Assembly (NCBI GenBank): GCA_010093605.1
Contig: MU004190.1
Coordinates: forward strand, 186,001 to 250,000
Reading direction: 5' to 3'
DNA length: 64,000 nucleotides
Source: Lophium mytilinum
Lineage: Eukaryota
Position numbers and translations under genes: made by a program
The notes under the pieces: generated by a model
The model's input: only the letters and a program-made list of their open reading frames with translations
Databases searched by the model: none
Told to the model about the DNA's origin: nothing
In this document: in pieces, positions 25,750 through 36,974 of the stretch
Numbering within the stretch: the first letter of the stretch is position 1
Layout: every line of letters begins with the position of its first letter

Positions 25750-27663
25750 GCTATGGTGACCGGACAGATCTTGTTTCGCCTCGGTTCTTCCATAGCTCTC
25801 GCCTGTTCTTGCGAATAGCTTGTGATCTTCATGGATGGTAAGATGGACGATGTGCTTCAGGAACCTCGCAGGAGACCTGGCTGTGCTATCCATTGGCATA
25901 CGAGATCCCGTATCATGGCCTATCTCTTTCACTGTCAGTTCTTGTGGTTGATGGCTCTCCCTTTTAAGGTTGCGCTTTCAATGCTGGTTCATCTGCTGCT
26001 TTTCTTTCCAAAATCTGGGTTTCCTTGGCTACTTTTCCTCTTCTCCGACGAAGGCTTGGGTTGGATCGCGATTGGTCTGGCATCGCCCCGCGCTCTGAGC
26101 ATATTGCGTCGCTGTGCACGATTACCAAGCGCTGCGCATCGGAAACCTGTCTCGAGCTCAAATGTCTCAGCGCTAGGATCAACAGGCCTCAATGTTGGCT
26201 TCCAATTTCCTTTGCCTATCTCGGTGTTTCAGAATTGGTCTCATGGCCAGCTTTTGGTAGTCACCAGCAATGATGACACTTTCCCTAATCTTCTGACTTT
26301 TGAATACTCGAAGTGACTAGATTACTGCTTGAAACATCGTGTGTACTCCTACTACTGACTCCCAGCGTCAAAGTTACTCAATCGCGAAGCATGAGCAACG
26401 CCGCTCCTCGTGTCTTCATGACTGTAAGGTAATCTATTTGCATATGCTTAAGACGTACTAAAACTCGCAGCCCAGAAGTCCGAAATCGACTATAGTCACT
26501 CGCATTCCCTCCTCCCATCCCTCCCCGCCATCTCTGGTGCCCTCATGCTCCGCACCGCCGCCGAGACGAATCCTACCACCGCGGTAACTGCCAAAACTCC
26601 CTCCGGGTCTTCCGTCGCAGACATAGCCGCGTCTACCACGATACCACCGCTGATACATCAATCAACCTTCCCGACGGCAAAAGCTTTCTCCAGGGCCCCA
26701 GGACGAATAGCGGCCGCGCCGATTCGGAGCTCGACGATTGGGAGTTTGGTAGCATAATCGCGCCCTTTGCGCCTTGAGGCAATGGACATAGCAAGAGGAG
26801 GATGCCGCGGAGTTCGGTACGGGGAGTTGCGGAAGTCTGAGTTCAGGGGGGGAAGCTGCCGTGCGGGAGGGTTGATTGGGGGTCTGGAGTTTGTTCTTGC
26901 ATGGGAAAAGGAGAGCAACACCTCTCGTCGTGTGATTGGTAGGGTGATGAGAATGTATGGGTTAGAAAAGCAATTTTGCCTTCGTCAATACCGTCCCCAA
27001 AAAGCTGCCATGTCTCTGTTATCTTCTTCATACTTTTTCCTACTAACCCCTCTGCTTTCTTTCTCACACATTCCACGTGTAAGACTTCTTCGACGCTTTG
27101 CCGATAGGCGCAACCCCCCTTCACCAATCTTGATACCCTTGTTTAGACGGAGTGGAAACGATTGATAATCTATATGAGAAATCTCACGATGAAGCAAGAG
27201 GCGCTTCAGACTTTGGTCTTTTGCGACGAGTGGTTGGCTATGCCCATCGTCTTAGCTTGTATTTTCTCTTTTCCTGGTAACATTACATACTTAGTTTTTA
27301 GCTATGACTTCTTTCTTTTGAGGTGTTTCCATGTCTTGAATCAGCTCCGTTCAAAGAGCCTTACTCCAGCGTAGACATAACTCCTCTTCCGCGAAATCAA
27401 GTCTAGCATCTTGACTCCACATCGGTGACTCTCAGAGGCGGAGATGGCACATGAGACACTCTGACTCGCTTATGAGATGTCAATCGTCGAAGGAGTGATT
27501 CCGAGAGCATCAAAGTGCTCTGACTGAAATGGGGTTGCCATTCTCTATAAAACCTAGGCACCCTACCTATCTTCTCTCTTTAACATCCCTTACGAACATT
27601 CAAATACTTAAGCACCACTTCTCCATTCAACCATTTACAAAGCCAAACGAACAACTATTCACG

Positions 27664-28312
27664 ATGAAGGCATATCTTATCCTCATCGCTGCTCTCTTTT
27701 CCGCGTCTGCCTTTGGCCATCCGGGTAACGGTGGGGCCTTCAAAGACGGGAAAGCGCATGGGCATAACCACGGTCATCATGGCCGTAACATGAAAGCGGA
27801 CTGGATTCCTAGATTTGGAATGCCATCATGGGGAAAGAGGGAAGACGACCAGGACAAAAACGTGTACTATCTCGCCAATTGTAGCAATGCCAATCCCTAC
27901 TACCTCCTCCTCTACAGCGACTTCAGCAAGTCGTACGACCCTAAGAACGAACCCACCTTCCGCGAAGCTCTTCAATACGTAGTCGATACCTTCAAGTTAG
28001 CAGCAAGCTCCGGGCATCAAGACTCTGGCTTCGAGGCCACCTTTAAAGACTTGGGTGCGAGTTGGTATGGGATTGATAACGGGAGCCGGTTGGGGTCTGG
28101 GAAGGATCGCTATGGTCCCTTGTATTGCTACAAGGATACCGGTCGGACATTATGGCAAGGGAGCACAGAAACTGAAATATGTTATGCGTGGTATTTCTGC
28201 TGGCGGAAAGGTCGTGGAACGGTAAGATAGAATTTTGTACTGAGTTGCAGTGACCAAGTGAGACATTGATTGTGCTAACTATAGACAGCCTAAAATAACT
28301 AAGCCGGGGTAA
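27664..28312 (+). CDS. Small secreted 4-Cys protein, array copy 1 (His-rich pro-region, KR site)
   Basis: Signal peptide MKAYLILIAALFSASAFG; GKR|EDDQDKNVYYLANC ... CYKDTGRTLW ... CYAWYFCWRK; intron from 28222 (acceptor 28284 or 28288). Confidence 0.8.
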
Positions 28313-29073
28313 TCTAAATGAAGGATTGATGAGGACTTTACTTGATGGCTCTTCGCATCATGAGGCCAGGTTTCGATACTCAGTAGAGCTGTACTTGCTA
28401 TCTTTTCGTTGGAGGGATGCTTTGTACCATCTTTGTCTTTCATAGAGTTTTGTCAAATTGTAGTCTCGAAGATGCTCTTGTTAGAGTAGTACCCCAGGTT
28501 TCAAATATGCGGTGATGAGGTATCGTCCCCTGAACGCAGGAAGGAGCCGCATGCATGCACTGTTTAATTCTTTTCTTTCTCTCTAGATAGTTGCGTAGCC
28601 TTATTACCATATTCCAGTTTTCATAGACCTGTTACGTTCAGCACAAGATTCAATTGACCAAGGCGGACTGATCCTTCTGACTGTGCCTACCATTTTTAGT
28701 CTTTGACGAAGACTCCCTCTCGGAATCTTAATAATTTTCTATTTTTCACCGCCCTACACTTTTAAAAGAGTCATTTCGATCTGACTGCTCTTTCTTCGAT
28801 GTGAAGGTAGTGCTGGTTCGACCCAGACCGGTGACTCAGGATCGGGATCGTGGCATATACGACGCACCGAAACCGCGATGAATTATTGACTAGCAAAAAG
28901 ATCTTGCAGAGGCGGGAAGAACCGTTATGACTGTATTACTGTAGCTGTCGACCATAAAAAGGTGTGCAAACCACAATCTTCTGCTTCTCTCTACACTTCA
29001 CACATCCACAATAGCACTACCCTCAGCTTTACCAACAAACACTCATAATCATCAAACATTACGACGAGGAAAT

Positions 29074-29703
29074 ATGAACCAGCAATTCCTTTTCATCCTT
29101 TTCCTGTGCCTCGCCGCTTCCGTTCTTGCTCTCCCTGGCAAACCTCGCCATGAGAGCAACCCTACGCACGAAAGTCACGCATTCGACTTCTCACGTCTAC
29201 AGCAAAGACAAGTCGACAGGGGATTCAACAACGTGTACTACCTCGCCAATTGTGCTGGCGGTTCGAAAGTGGCTTTTTACGAAAACATGGATGATTCTCA
29301 CGATCCCAGCCATCAGCCTGATATTACCCAAACGGCCATTGGCAGTAAAGGTCGTATAGACGCGTCGCATTTGATGGTGGTATGGGAGGATAACACAATA
29401 AAGATGTTGGAAGACACATCCAGAGATTTCGAGGTGCATATCAAGAAAATAAAATGGCATAAGGAAAAGGCAGCTATACCTGCGGGGGGTGGCGCAGATC
29501 GAGACGGGCCGTTGGCATGTTTCAAGGATAATGGAAGGAATCTTTTCCAAGCAGTCAGAGGGGACAGATGTAGCGCCTTCTACTTTTGTTGGCGGAAGGC
29601 TCATGCTCAGGTACGTTCTCTCTCTGCAACTTATGCTTTGTGAGGGGTTTATACTAAGCTGTAAAAGCCCGTACCGACGGAACCTGGGGAGGTTCATGAG
29701 TGA
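29074..29703 (+). CDS. Small secreted 4-Cys protein, array copy 2
   Basis: Signal peptide; LQQR|QVDRGFNNVYYLANC ... CFKDNGRNLF ... CSAFYFCWRK; intron 29611-29667, last exon PVPTEPGEVHE*. Confidence 0.8.
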
Positions 29704-30401
29704 TCCTTCGGAGCCTAAGGTTTTTGGTGGTCAATTATTTCTGTTCTACTCTTATAGACTTTGTTTTTATTGCAGCATTTATGCTGGGGCGGCCAGGTGA
29801 GAAGCACTGGTATTGTCGGGTTCTGTATGCGTGTTATTCTTCATACCCTCTTAAGAACATCATTTTCTTATTGTATATTATTCAGTTCTTCTGTTTCAAC
29901 TAGAAAATCTTCAATTTACTGAAAGTGACCGCGAGACATTGACGATAAGAACGGCAAGGATAACGATGACTAGGCCACCCTCAGCCTCCCTCACAAATGG
30001 AAAAGCAGCATCCCTTTCTTCTACTTTGAATAGCTGCATAATTGACACTCTATGTCTCACTGCCGAACACTATTCGAAAATTCTATTCGTGACTCCTTTT
30101 CCCCCGCTATGAATGTAATGCCAGATTGACTGTACGAACGTGATTCTCAGATTTGCAAACGTAGCATGAAAGATATACTAGTGTAACTAGACATGAGTCT
30201 GCAAAAGAATCATGCCGATATGAGCAAGATGTTTATGACTACGAAGGTCTTGGTACTCCCTATAAAACATAGACGCTATGCTTCCAACCAAGTCTTCTAA
30301 CCTCAACGGCCCGCAAATAAGTCTCTTGCCTCGACATCATTGAAAACCTTTACTACCTAAATTCTTTCTCAACCAACGAAACCAAACAACCCTTCCACTC
30401 G

Positions 30402-30981
30402 ATGACCATCATGATCTGGTCTATTCTCATTTTAGCATTTCGGCTGCTGGCCTTTGCTTCCGCATCCCCGCTGCCTAGCCCTAGTGGCACCCCTCTCACA
30501 CCTCAGGAGATCGCGAAGAACGTATACTACCTCGTCAACTGTCCGTCCGGAGCCAGGATCGCTTTTTACGACAACATAGACAACTCTCAAGGTGGCGAAA
30601 CTCCATTAATCACGTACAACGTGTCTGCTTCAGTACCAATCGACCATACTCAACAAGTATACTGGGGAGGTCAGACCTACTTTACCGATCCCGACGCGAA
30701 CCAGTTTCGAGTCACGGTCAAGGGAGATTGGTCCATGTATAACTACAAGAAAAGTGTAGGGGGAGGCAGTGATGGGAGGGGACAGTGGCTATGTTTTGGG
30801 GACAATGCAAGGATGCTTTGGACAGATACGTCCGGGAAATCCTGGCAGGATGAGCCTGGTTCAGCCTGTCAAACTAGATACTACTGCCGGCGAGAGGGCT
30901 ATGATTCAGTAAGACCTTAACCCGGCTAGATTTGTCGTTAAGACAAGGCTAACTTCACCTTAGGTTCCTCCACAGCCTTAA
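30402..30981 (+). CDS. Small secreted 4-Cys protein, array copy 3
   Basis: Signal peptide; KNVYYLVNC ... CFGDNARMLW ... CQTRYYCRR; intron 30909-30963, last exon VPPQP*. Confidence 0.8.
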
Positions 30982-31649
30982 TTGATTGTGATGGATCAAC
31001 TGCTGTTTTTGTTTAGCAGCAAGTTTGCTTACATGGGGTGGAGTTATGTTCGACTGGTGGAATTACACTGTTTGTCCCCATTGTTTTCCATTGGCTATCT
31101 TCTATTGGTGGTATTAGATTGTTTGTTTCTATGTATTTTCTACTGTAAATCTTTGATTCGCGGAAAGTGTTAAGCTTGAGTTCTGATATGCACAATGACC
31201 GCAACCCCACGGCTCCTACAAAGCCACGATAGATGAAACTGTTCCAACCTGCCTCCGCTAAATAATGAAAATAGTGTGGTCATCTTCCCCTCCGGACAAC
31301 CTGCAGAAATGAGAGTCGGTGCCTCACTAATATACACTATTTGTATGCTCATTTCTGACTCCTTTCCCCCAAACGTGAACGCTGAATGGAGTGCTCGCTT
31401 GACTCACCTGGATAACTCTTACAATTGCAAATCTGGCTTGGAGAAAGCCTAGTCATCTTCGCACTGTCAGTCGTCAGAAGACTAATGCCGGTATGGACAA
31501 GTCATTATGACTTTGACGGCCTTTCCGCTCTCTATAAAGCCAGGTGCTACCTTCCTCTTCTGCCTTCAACAACTTGCAACCATATTCGATCACCACAAAC
31601 CACGATTCTAAACTCCAACAATACCAAAGTACTGAAACCGCTGTCCAGG

Positions 31650-32180
31650 ATGAAGATCTACTTCGTACTCATCACTGCTCTTTTCTCTGCTTGTGCCTTC
31701 GGCCTTCCTGGTGATGGAAAGCGCTGGAACGCCAAAAAGCGCTATACGCAGAATCAACCTCCACATCATGACCCCACTTCCCACTGGCCTCGCAAACGCA
31801 TGGATGACACGCTCAAGAACAACGTCTACTATCTCGCCGACTGTATTCCAGGAGGGTCGGTGATCGCTTACTACGGCGACATAGACTGGTCTCAGAAGGG
31901 CGTATATCCTGACTGTTTTGGGTTTCCGAAGGACTCTCCACAATGGGGAAATGACACTCAGATCGGGGCCGCTGCCGGCGATAGGCACATCACGATTCCC
32001 CCGTGGAAATGGGTATGGGATTCAGCTAAAGTCGGAACTCAAGCGGGAGACCTTCATGACGAATTCGGAGGCCAGAAAGGAGACTGGCAGTGTTATCAGG
32101 ACAATAAAAGGCTGCTGGTAATTTTGCCGGGGGACAAAAAGTGCCAAGCTCGGTTTTGGTGCAGGCGAAAGGGGCTTTGA
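31650..32180 (+). CDS. Small secreted Cys protein, array copy 4
   Basis: MKIYFVLITALFSACAFG; RKR|MDDTLKNNVYYLADC ... QKGDWQCYQDNKRLL ... CQARFWCRRK; predicted 3'-UTR intron 32185-32239. Confidence 0.8.
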   Translation: MKIYFVLITALFSACAFGLPGDGKRWNAKKRYTQNQPPHHDPTSHWPRKRMDDTLKNNVYYLADCIPGGSVIAYYGDIDWSQKGVYPDCFGFPKDSPQWGNDTQIGAAAGDRHITIPPWKWVWDSAKVGTQAGDLHDEFGGQKGDWQCYQDNKRLLVILPGDKKCQARFWCRRKGL

Positions 32181-32716
32181 AACGGTACGTCTTGACCCTG
32201 TTATAAGTCGGTTCTGAATATCTGCTTATTGAATTGTAGCATCGCCGCATCCTGTGCATCACACTTAGGCAGTAGTGCTAGCGGAGAAAGCTTCCACTTG
32301 ATAGGCTACCTCTTTAGCCGGAGTTTTGTTGCCAGCTAGAAACTTATGTTGTTTTCCTAGAGTTTTCTTTTGTTGCAACCTTCCTCGCCATGCAAGCGAG
32401 GTATTAGGGTTAATTTTGTTTGGTGGCTTTAGGATGTCAGTTTCATTAAATCTCCTGGAGCGGGTCCTTTATTCAGCGAAGTGTTTCATGATCAAGCTTT
32501 GATGTCCAAAATGACCGCAACACCATGACTCCCACAGCGCCAAGCTGTACATGTGCTATGACTGTTCCTACTCCAACCTCCGCTATAAAGTGAGAATATC
32601 ACACTGCTTCCAAACTTCAATCAATCGCTAGGAAATCTCCCTAATTTCAGAATCTAGCAAGCAAGCAGCACACCATACACATATCCATTGTCCGAGCTTC
32701 TATCAAACTTTCAAGT

Positions 32717-33181
32717 ATGATGGAGGTCTTGCTCATTGTCATCTTAGCATTCAAGCTCCTTTACACCTCTTCTGCATCGCCGCTCCCTGATAGCCCACTC
32801 ACTCGCAGAGCTGAGCCCAACAAGAATGTCTGGTACCTCTCCGACTGCAATGGCGGTGCAACCATCGCCTACTACGACAACATAGACAACACTCAGCAAG
32901 GACAAGCACCCCTCGCCGCAGATTTTGTCTATCTAAAACACCCAGTGAGCTGGGGAGTCGATGATATCCAGTCCAAATTTGCGGAAAGGAGCGTTACAAT
33001 CCCCGTTTGGAAACAGACATGGATTCCATCCCACGTCTTACTACCCGGACGTCTTCAAGACAAATTCAGGAACCAGAAAGGGGATTGGCAATGTTATCAG
33101 GATACGGGAAGGTCGCTGTGGAAGTTGGATAACGTTGGAGACTGTAAAGCTCAGTTTTATTGCAAGCGAGTAGTCCTTTGA
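32717..33181 (+). CDS. Small secreted 4-Cys protein, array copy 5
   Basis: Signal peptide; LTRR|AEPNKNVWYLSDC ... QKGDWQCYQDTGRSLW ... CKAQFYCKR; predicted 3'-UTR intron 33186-33239. Confidence 0.8.
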   Translation: MMEVLLIVILAFKLLYTSSASPLPDSPLTRRAEPNKNVWYLSDCNGGATIAYYDNIDNTQQGQAPLAADFVYLKHPVSWGVDDIQSKFAERSVTIPVWKQTWIPSHVLLPGRLQDKFRNQKGDWQCYQDTGRSLWKLDNVGDCKAQFYCKRVVL

Positions 33182-33741
33182 AATGGTGAGACTTGCCTCT
33201 TTGACGTTAGCTCTTGGATATGTGCTCATGATATCGTAGCTTCAGGTGCACCTCACTGGGACAGTAGCTGTTAGACGAAGATGAAGGAGTTTCCATCGAA
33301 TGTGCTACTGTTTCTAGAGCGAGATATGTTGAAGGCCATAGATTTCTTCTTTCTCTTATGGTATCTCCTTTTTTCTGATCTTCATGGCAATCTGGCAGCG
33401 TAGGCCATAATTCAGGCTCTTTGAAATGTGCTCAACCTCTATGAGTCTATAATTCGAGTTTTTCCAACCGTGATTCATTCTCATCGTCGTTTTCGCCGAT
33501 GATACCTCAAGAAGCGCGAAGTGGCCGCAAGATCATGACTCTAGAAACTTCGAGCTACTTATGAGTGGTCTAGAGTCTTCTTTCGCTATATAAGGGGGCA
33601 GCATATTCCTCTCCTTCTCTTTCTTCAACAAACCTCACTCCAGTTCTCGAAACCTGCTATCCACCTCACAATCACACAACCAGGCTCTCTATCGATTCTT
33701 CAAAACCGGTACCATACCAATCAGACACACTCAATACCACC

Positions 33742-34283
33742 ATGATTTGGTCTTCCGCTGTTCTGGCTCTTCAGCTATTGGCCACTTGTGATGCATCGCC
33801 GCTTATCCAGCATGATGGATGGAACGAGAACAATGACAACGTTTACTACCTTGCGAATTGCAAACTCGACTCGAAGATCATGTATTATAGCGATATCAAG
33901 ATCTCTTATACAGACGAACATCGGGCCCAGACCACCACCGACCAATACAGGCCTCCCTTCCCCGGGGGGTGGGAAGGCAAAACCATTCTAGCATGGGGAC
34001 CCAACCCGACGTCCCGAAACTTCAACGTCACTATTTTTAGCAGGACATGGACGAAAGACAAGAATGTTGGGGCACTGGCAGGTCACGCTACCGACTGGTC
34101 TGGTGGATCGTGGGATTGCTTTCAGGATAACGGGAGGTGGTTGTATAAGGACCCCGAGGACTGTTCTGCTCAGTATATCTGTGGGCGAGCCGGCGTTGCG
34201 TTAGTAAGTCTATTTATGCTTCAGCTCTTAGTGAAATGATGCTTATTCGATTGCAGGCTCCTCACCCAATGCCTAGCTCGTAG
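33742..34283 (+). CDS. Small secreted 4-Cys protein, array copy 6
   Basis: Signal peptide; NDNVYYLANC ... WEG ... CFQDNGRWLY ... CSAQYICGR; intron 34204-34256, last exon APHPMPSS*. Confidence 0.8.
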
Positions 34284-35777
34284 CACCTCGAAAATGACTG
34301 GGCATGCTCTTTCTTTACCATAGACTGCCTGTACTCCCTGCATTCTTTTGGTCGATTCTGTAGTCACTGGTTAGCTTTTTGCAATGCGAACTTCCGAACT
34401 TGTCGGCGAGGACGGAAACGGCGGTGAAAACCAGCGCGACCCCCTTTGTTTTCCTTACCTTTTTGGTCTGGTAAATTTGCTTTGTCTTTCTTTTCCTGCT
34501 GGTATATTCTTCGAATTCTTGGAGCGTCGGCAACATTACTGCGTTCGAACCCACTGGTACTACATGTGTGACTCTTTAATGAGAAATCTAACTGCTGACT
34601 CCGTGCGTTGACTTATCCACCTTATTCCTCAGAGAACAACACTAAGTAACGAATCCCCCTGAGCTTCGCCGCATTGCTTTCATCACATTCCTCAGACTAA
34701 CTAACAACCACATCACGCTTGTGAAGATGACAAGCCGAAGACCTCAGAACTAATCTATTCAACTGCAGAGTCAGAACTGAGATACCGAAACCACAATTCC
34801 CGCTCAAGCTCCGGCGTATCTAACATCGCCTTTCCTTTATGCTAATACTTCCCCTCCTCTTCGCTCCCTCTTCATGCATGACCTCGACCGCTTCTGCGGG
34901 GGATAATTAGAATTGAAGGCCGGTCTCCCAGCCTTTCGAAGGTGCGAGTTCACGGTGACGCTGTTTTCCAAGAAGACTTTTTCCCTTCTCAAACTACTCT
35001 CCGCGCTCTCGCAATCATCTACCTCACTTCCAGGACCGAACGGCATAACCACCTGATACCCAGCTTTAAGGAAGAGCGCATTCAAGTTGAAGGTCTCAAC
35101 AGTCGCTCACTAAAGTGACTTCGAGATAAGGAACAACGTGCATCTAACTATCAAAGTAACGTAGGGCCGGGGACTATCATTAGTTGATAGGGATGGGTCG
35201 CACCCGAAAAAGGCCGCACAGCACGTGACTGGCGCGGAATTGGAGGACATTGGTGGAGGTATCCTCCGCAGAGTTTATCGACGAATATCACGGATTGGCA
35301 GACATGGATATCGCTAATAAAAATGATCAGAGTATGGCGTATGCACGGTTTATTGACAATAGTGTAATTGTGGTGATGCGAATGAATATTCACTTCGCTC
35401 ATGGCTCGGTCGTTCGCTGCACCTGATGAGTATATGAAGGGTTTGGGGCTATAAGTTAGCCCTTGTCGATGGAGGTCTCTTCTGCGAGGGTAAATAGAGT
35501 TCGCGTATTCTGTACTGAGACGCCAAAAGACCTCCAATTTCACGGGCATGAGCACCAATGAGATCTCAAGTCTGGAATGAATATGTCCAAGAACTTGTGG
35601 TTTTATCAGGCTAGTTGAAAGTGTCGAACCTCTTCCCGTTCAGATCTATAACATCCTATTAAGACACTTCGCCCATTGCCAGAGATGTTCACACTAGCCC
35701 ACGACAAGGTACAAATTACCCCGTACATCCCCTACTCCACATGCTCTCAATCTGAACAAACCACTCGTGAAAAAGAT

Positions 35778-36974
35778 TCACAGCTTCGACATAATATGGC
35801 CCTTCTCACTCCCGACCACCTCCCCAACCAACCCCCTCACATCCAACGCACATCCGAATGCCAAGCTCCAACCACTACCCCCGTGTCCATAGTTGTGGAC
35901 AATTCTGCTCTGTCTATCCACTCGCACATTCCCCTTGCGGAACGGCCGTAGTCCCTGTGCAAGCGGGTATTCCTCGATCAGCTTCGCCTTCTTCAAGGCT
36001 GGCAGGAACCTCTCGCACCGCTCCCGCATGCGCTTGATAACCGGGGAGTCGAGGGTCAAGTCCAAGTTCGCCTCGTTTGGCTGCGCGATGCCACCAAGCA
36101 GGAGAGTATCTTCACCACGCGGGACCAAGAAGACAATCTCGTGGTCCTCGTTCGAGTCAGCGGAGATGCTCAGCGCGGCGGTGAGCTTCGGGAAGTCGGT
36201 GCCATCGTTGCGGACGCGGAGAAGAGCGCCACGTAGGGGGTAGCAGATGCTGCCAGTCTCAAGGCTCGTGGAACCAAGACCAGAGGCGTTGACGATGGCC
36301 GCGGCGGAGAACAGGGCCAAGAGGGCGTCCTCTTGCTGCGTCAAGTTGCCGGTGACAGTCCCCAAAAGCATAGTGGCGCCTTTCGATTTCACGAGGGAAG
36401 TGAGCCACGCCATGGCGCGGTCGGTGTCGATGACGGGCGCCAGGTGAGAGTAGCACTCCTTGATGGGGAAGGACATGTCGACGCCCAGATCGTAGAGAGC
36501 GTCGTTGTCGCGGCGGAAATCTTGGATGTCGGTGGCCATCATTTCGGCTAGCTTCGCGGCCTGGACAGGGTCCTCGGCGATTGGATTTGGGAAGCACGCG
36601 ATTGAAGTCTTCATGGAGACGCCGGTGGCGGCGGAGTCGAGTCCGGCGAGGGCAGAGTAGCAGTGGTAGGACTCCATGCACCAACGCTTCGAAGACTGGA
36701 GGGATATCGGGTCCGTATGGGCGCCGCAGACGGCTGGTGGGTACTCCCAGAGGGCACCCGCGATTTGCGAGGTCAGGCGGGCTGACTCGTTGAAGGTGGC
36801 ATACTGGCTGGCCAGGATGGTAACTGGGTAGCCGGCATCGAGGAGAACCCAGGCGCTTACGAGACCGGAGACGCCGCCGCCGATGACTAGGACACGGGGA
36901 AGAGTGGGCTCCCGCAGAGGTGCTGGGAGGGGGGTAATGTCTTCCCACATGCGGATGTGAGTTTGGGGAGACAT
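35778..36974 (-). CDS. FAD-dependent oxidoreductase, D-amino acid oxidase family, intronless
   Basis: VLVIGGGVSG (FAD binding), IVNASGLG, PLRG, GLRP, IVHNYGHGGSGWSLAFGCA; C-terminal SKL peroxisomal signal. Confidence 0.9.
   Translation of the reverse strand: MSPQTHIRMWEDITPLPAPLREPTLPRVLVIGGGVSGLVSAWVLLDAGYPVTILASQYATFNESARLTSQIAGALWEYPPAVCGAHTDPISLQSSKRWCMESYHCYSALAGLDSAATGVSMKTSIACFPNPIAEDPVQAAKLAEMMATDIQDFRRDNDALYDLGVDMSFPIKECYSHLAPVIDTDRAMAWLTSLVKSKGATMLLGTVTGNLTQQEDALLALFSAAAIVNASGLGSTSLETGSICYPLRGALLRVRNDGTDFPKLTAALSISADSNEDHEIVFLVPRGEDTLLLGGIAQPNEANLDLTLDSPVIKRMRERCERFLPALKKAKLIEEYPLAQGLRPFRKGNVRVDRQSRIVHNYGHGGSGWSLAFGCALDVRGLVGEVVGSEKGHIMSKL

Larger units (their letters stand above)
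27521..33592 (+). promoter_or_regulatory. Shared core promoter TGA(C/G)T-N20-(T/C)ATA(A/T)A before each of the six array genes
   Basis: TGACT/TGAGT at 27521, 28928, 30236, 31508, 32559, 33562; TATA/CATA box at 27546, 28953, 30261, 31533, 32584, 33587 (offset 25 nt in all six). Confidence 0.8.

Noticed and set aside
26458..26921. GC-rich minus-strand frames that may be a gene relic
   Set aside because: Interrupted by stops and no recognisable family motif.
28815..28825. B-box-like GGTTCGACCC
   Set aside because: No A box or cloverleaf around it.
34837..35558. Short minus-strand ORFs after the array as a seventh paralog
   Set aside because: No signal peptide, NVYYL or CYxD motif, and wrong strand.
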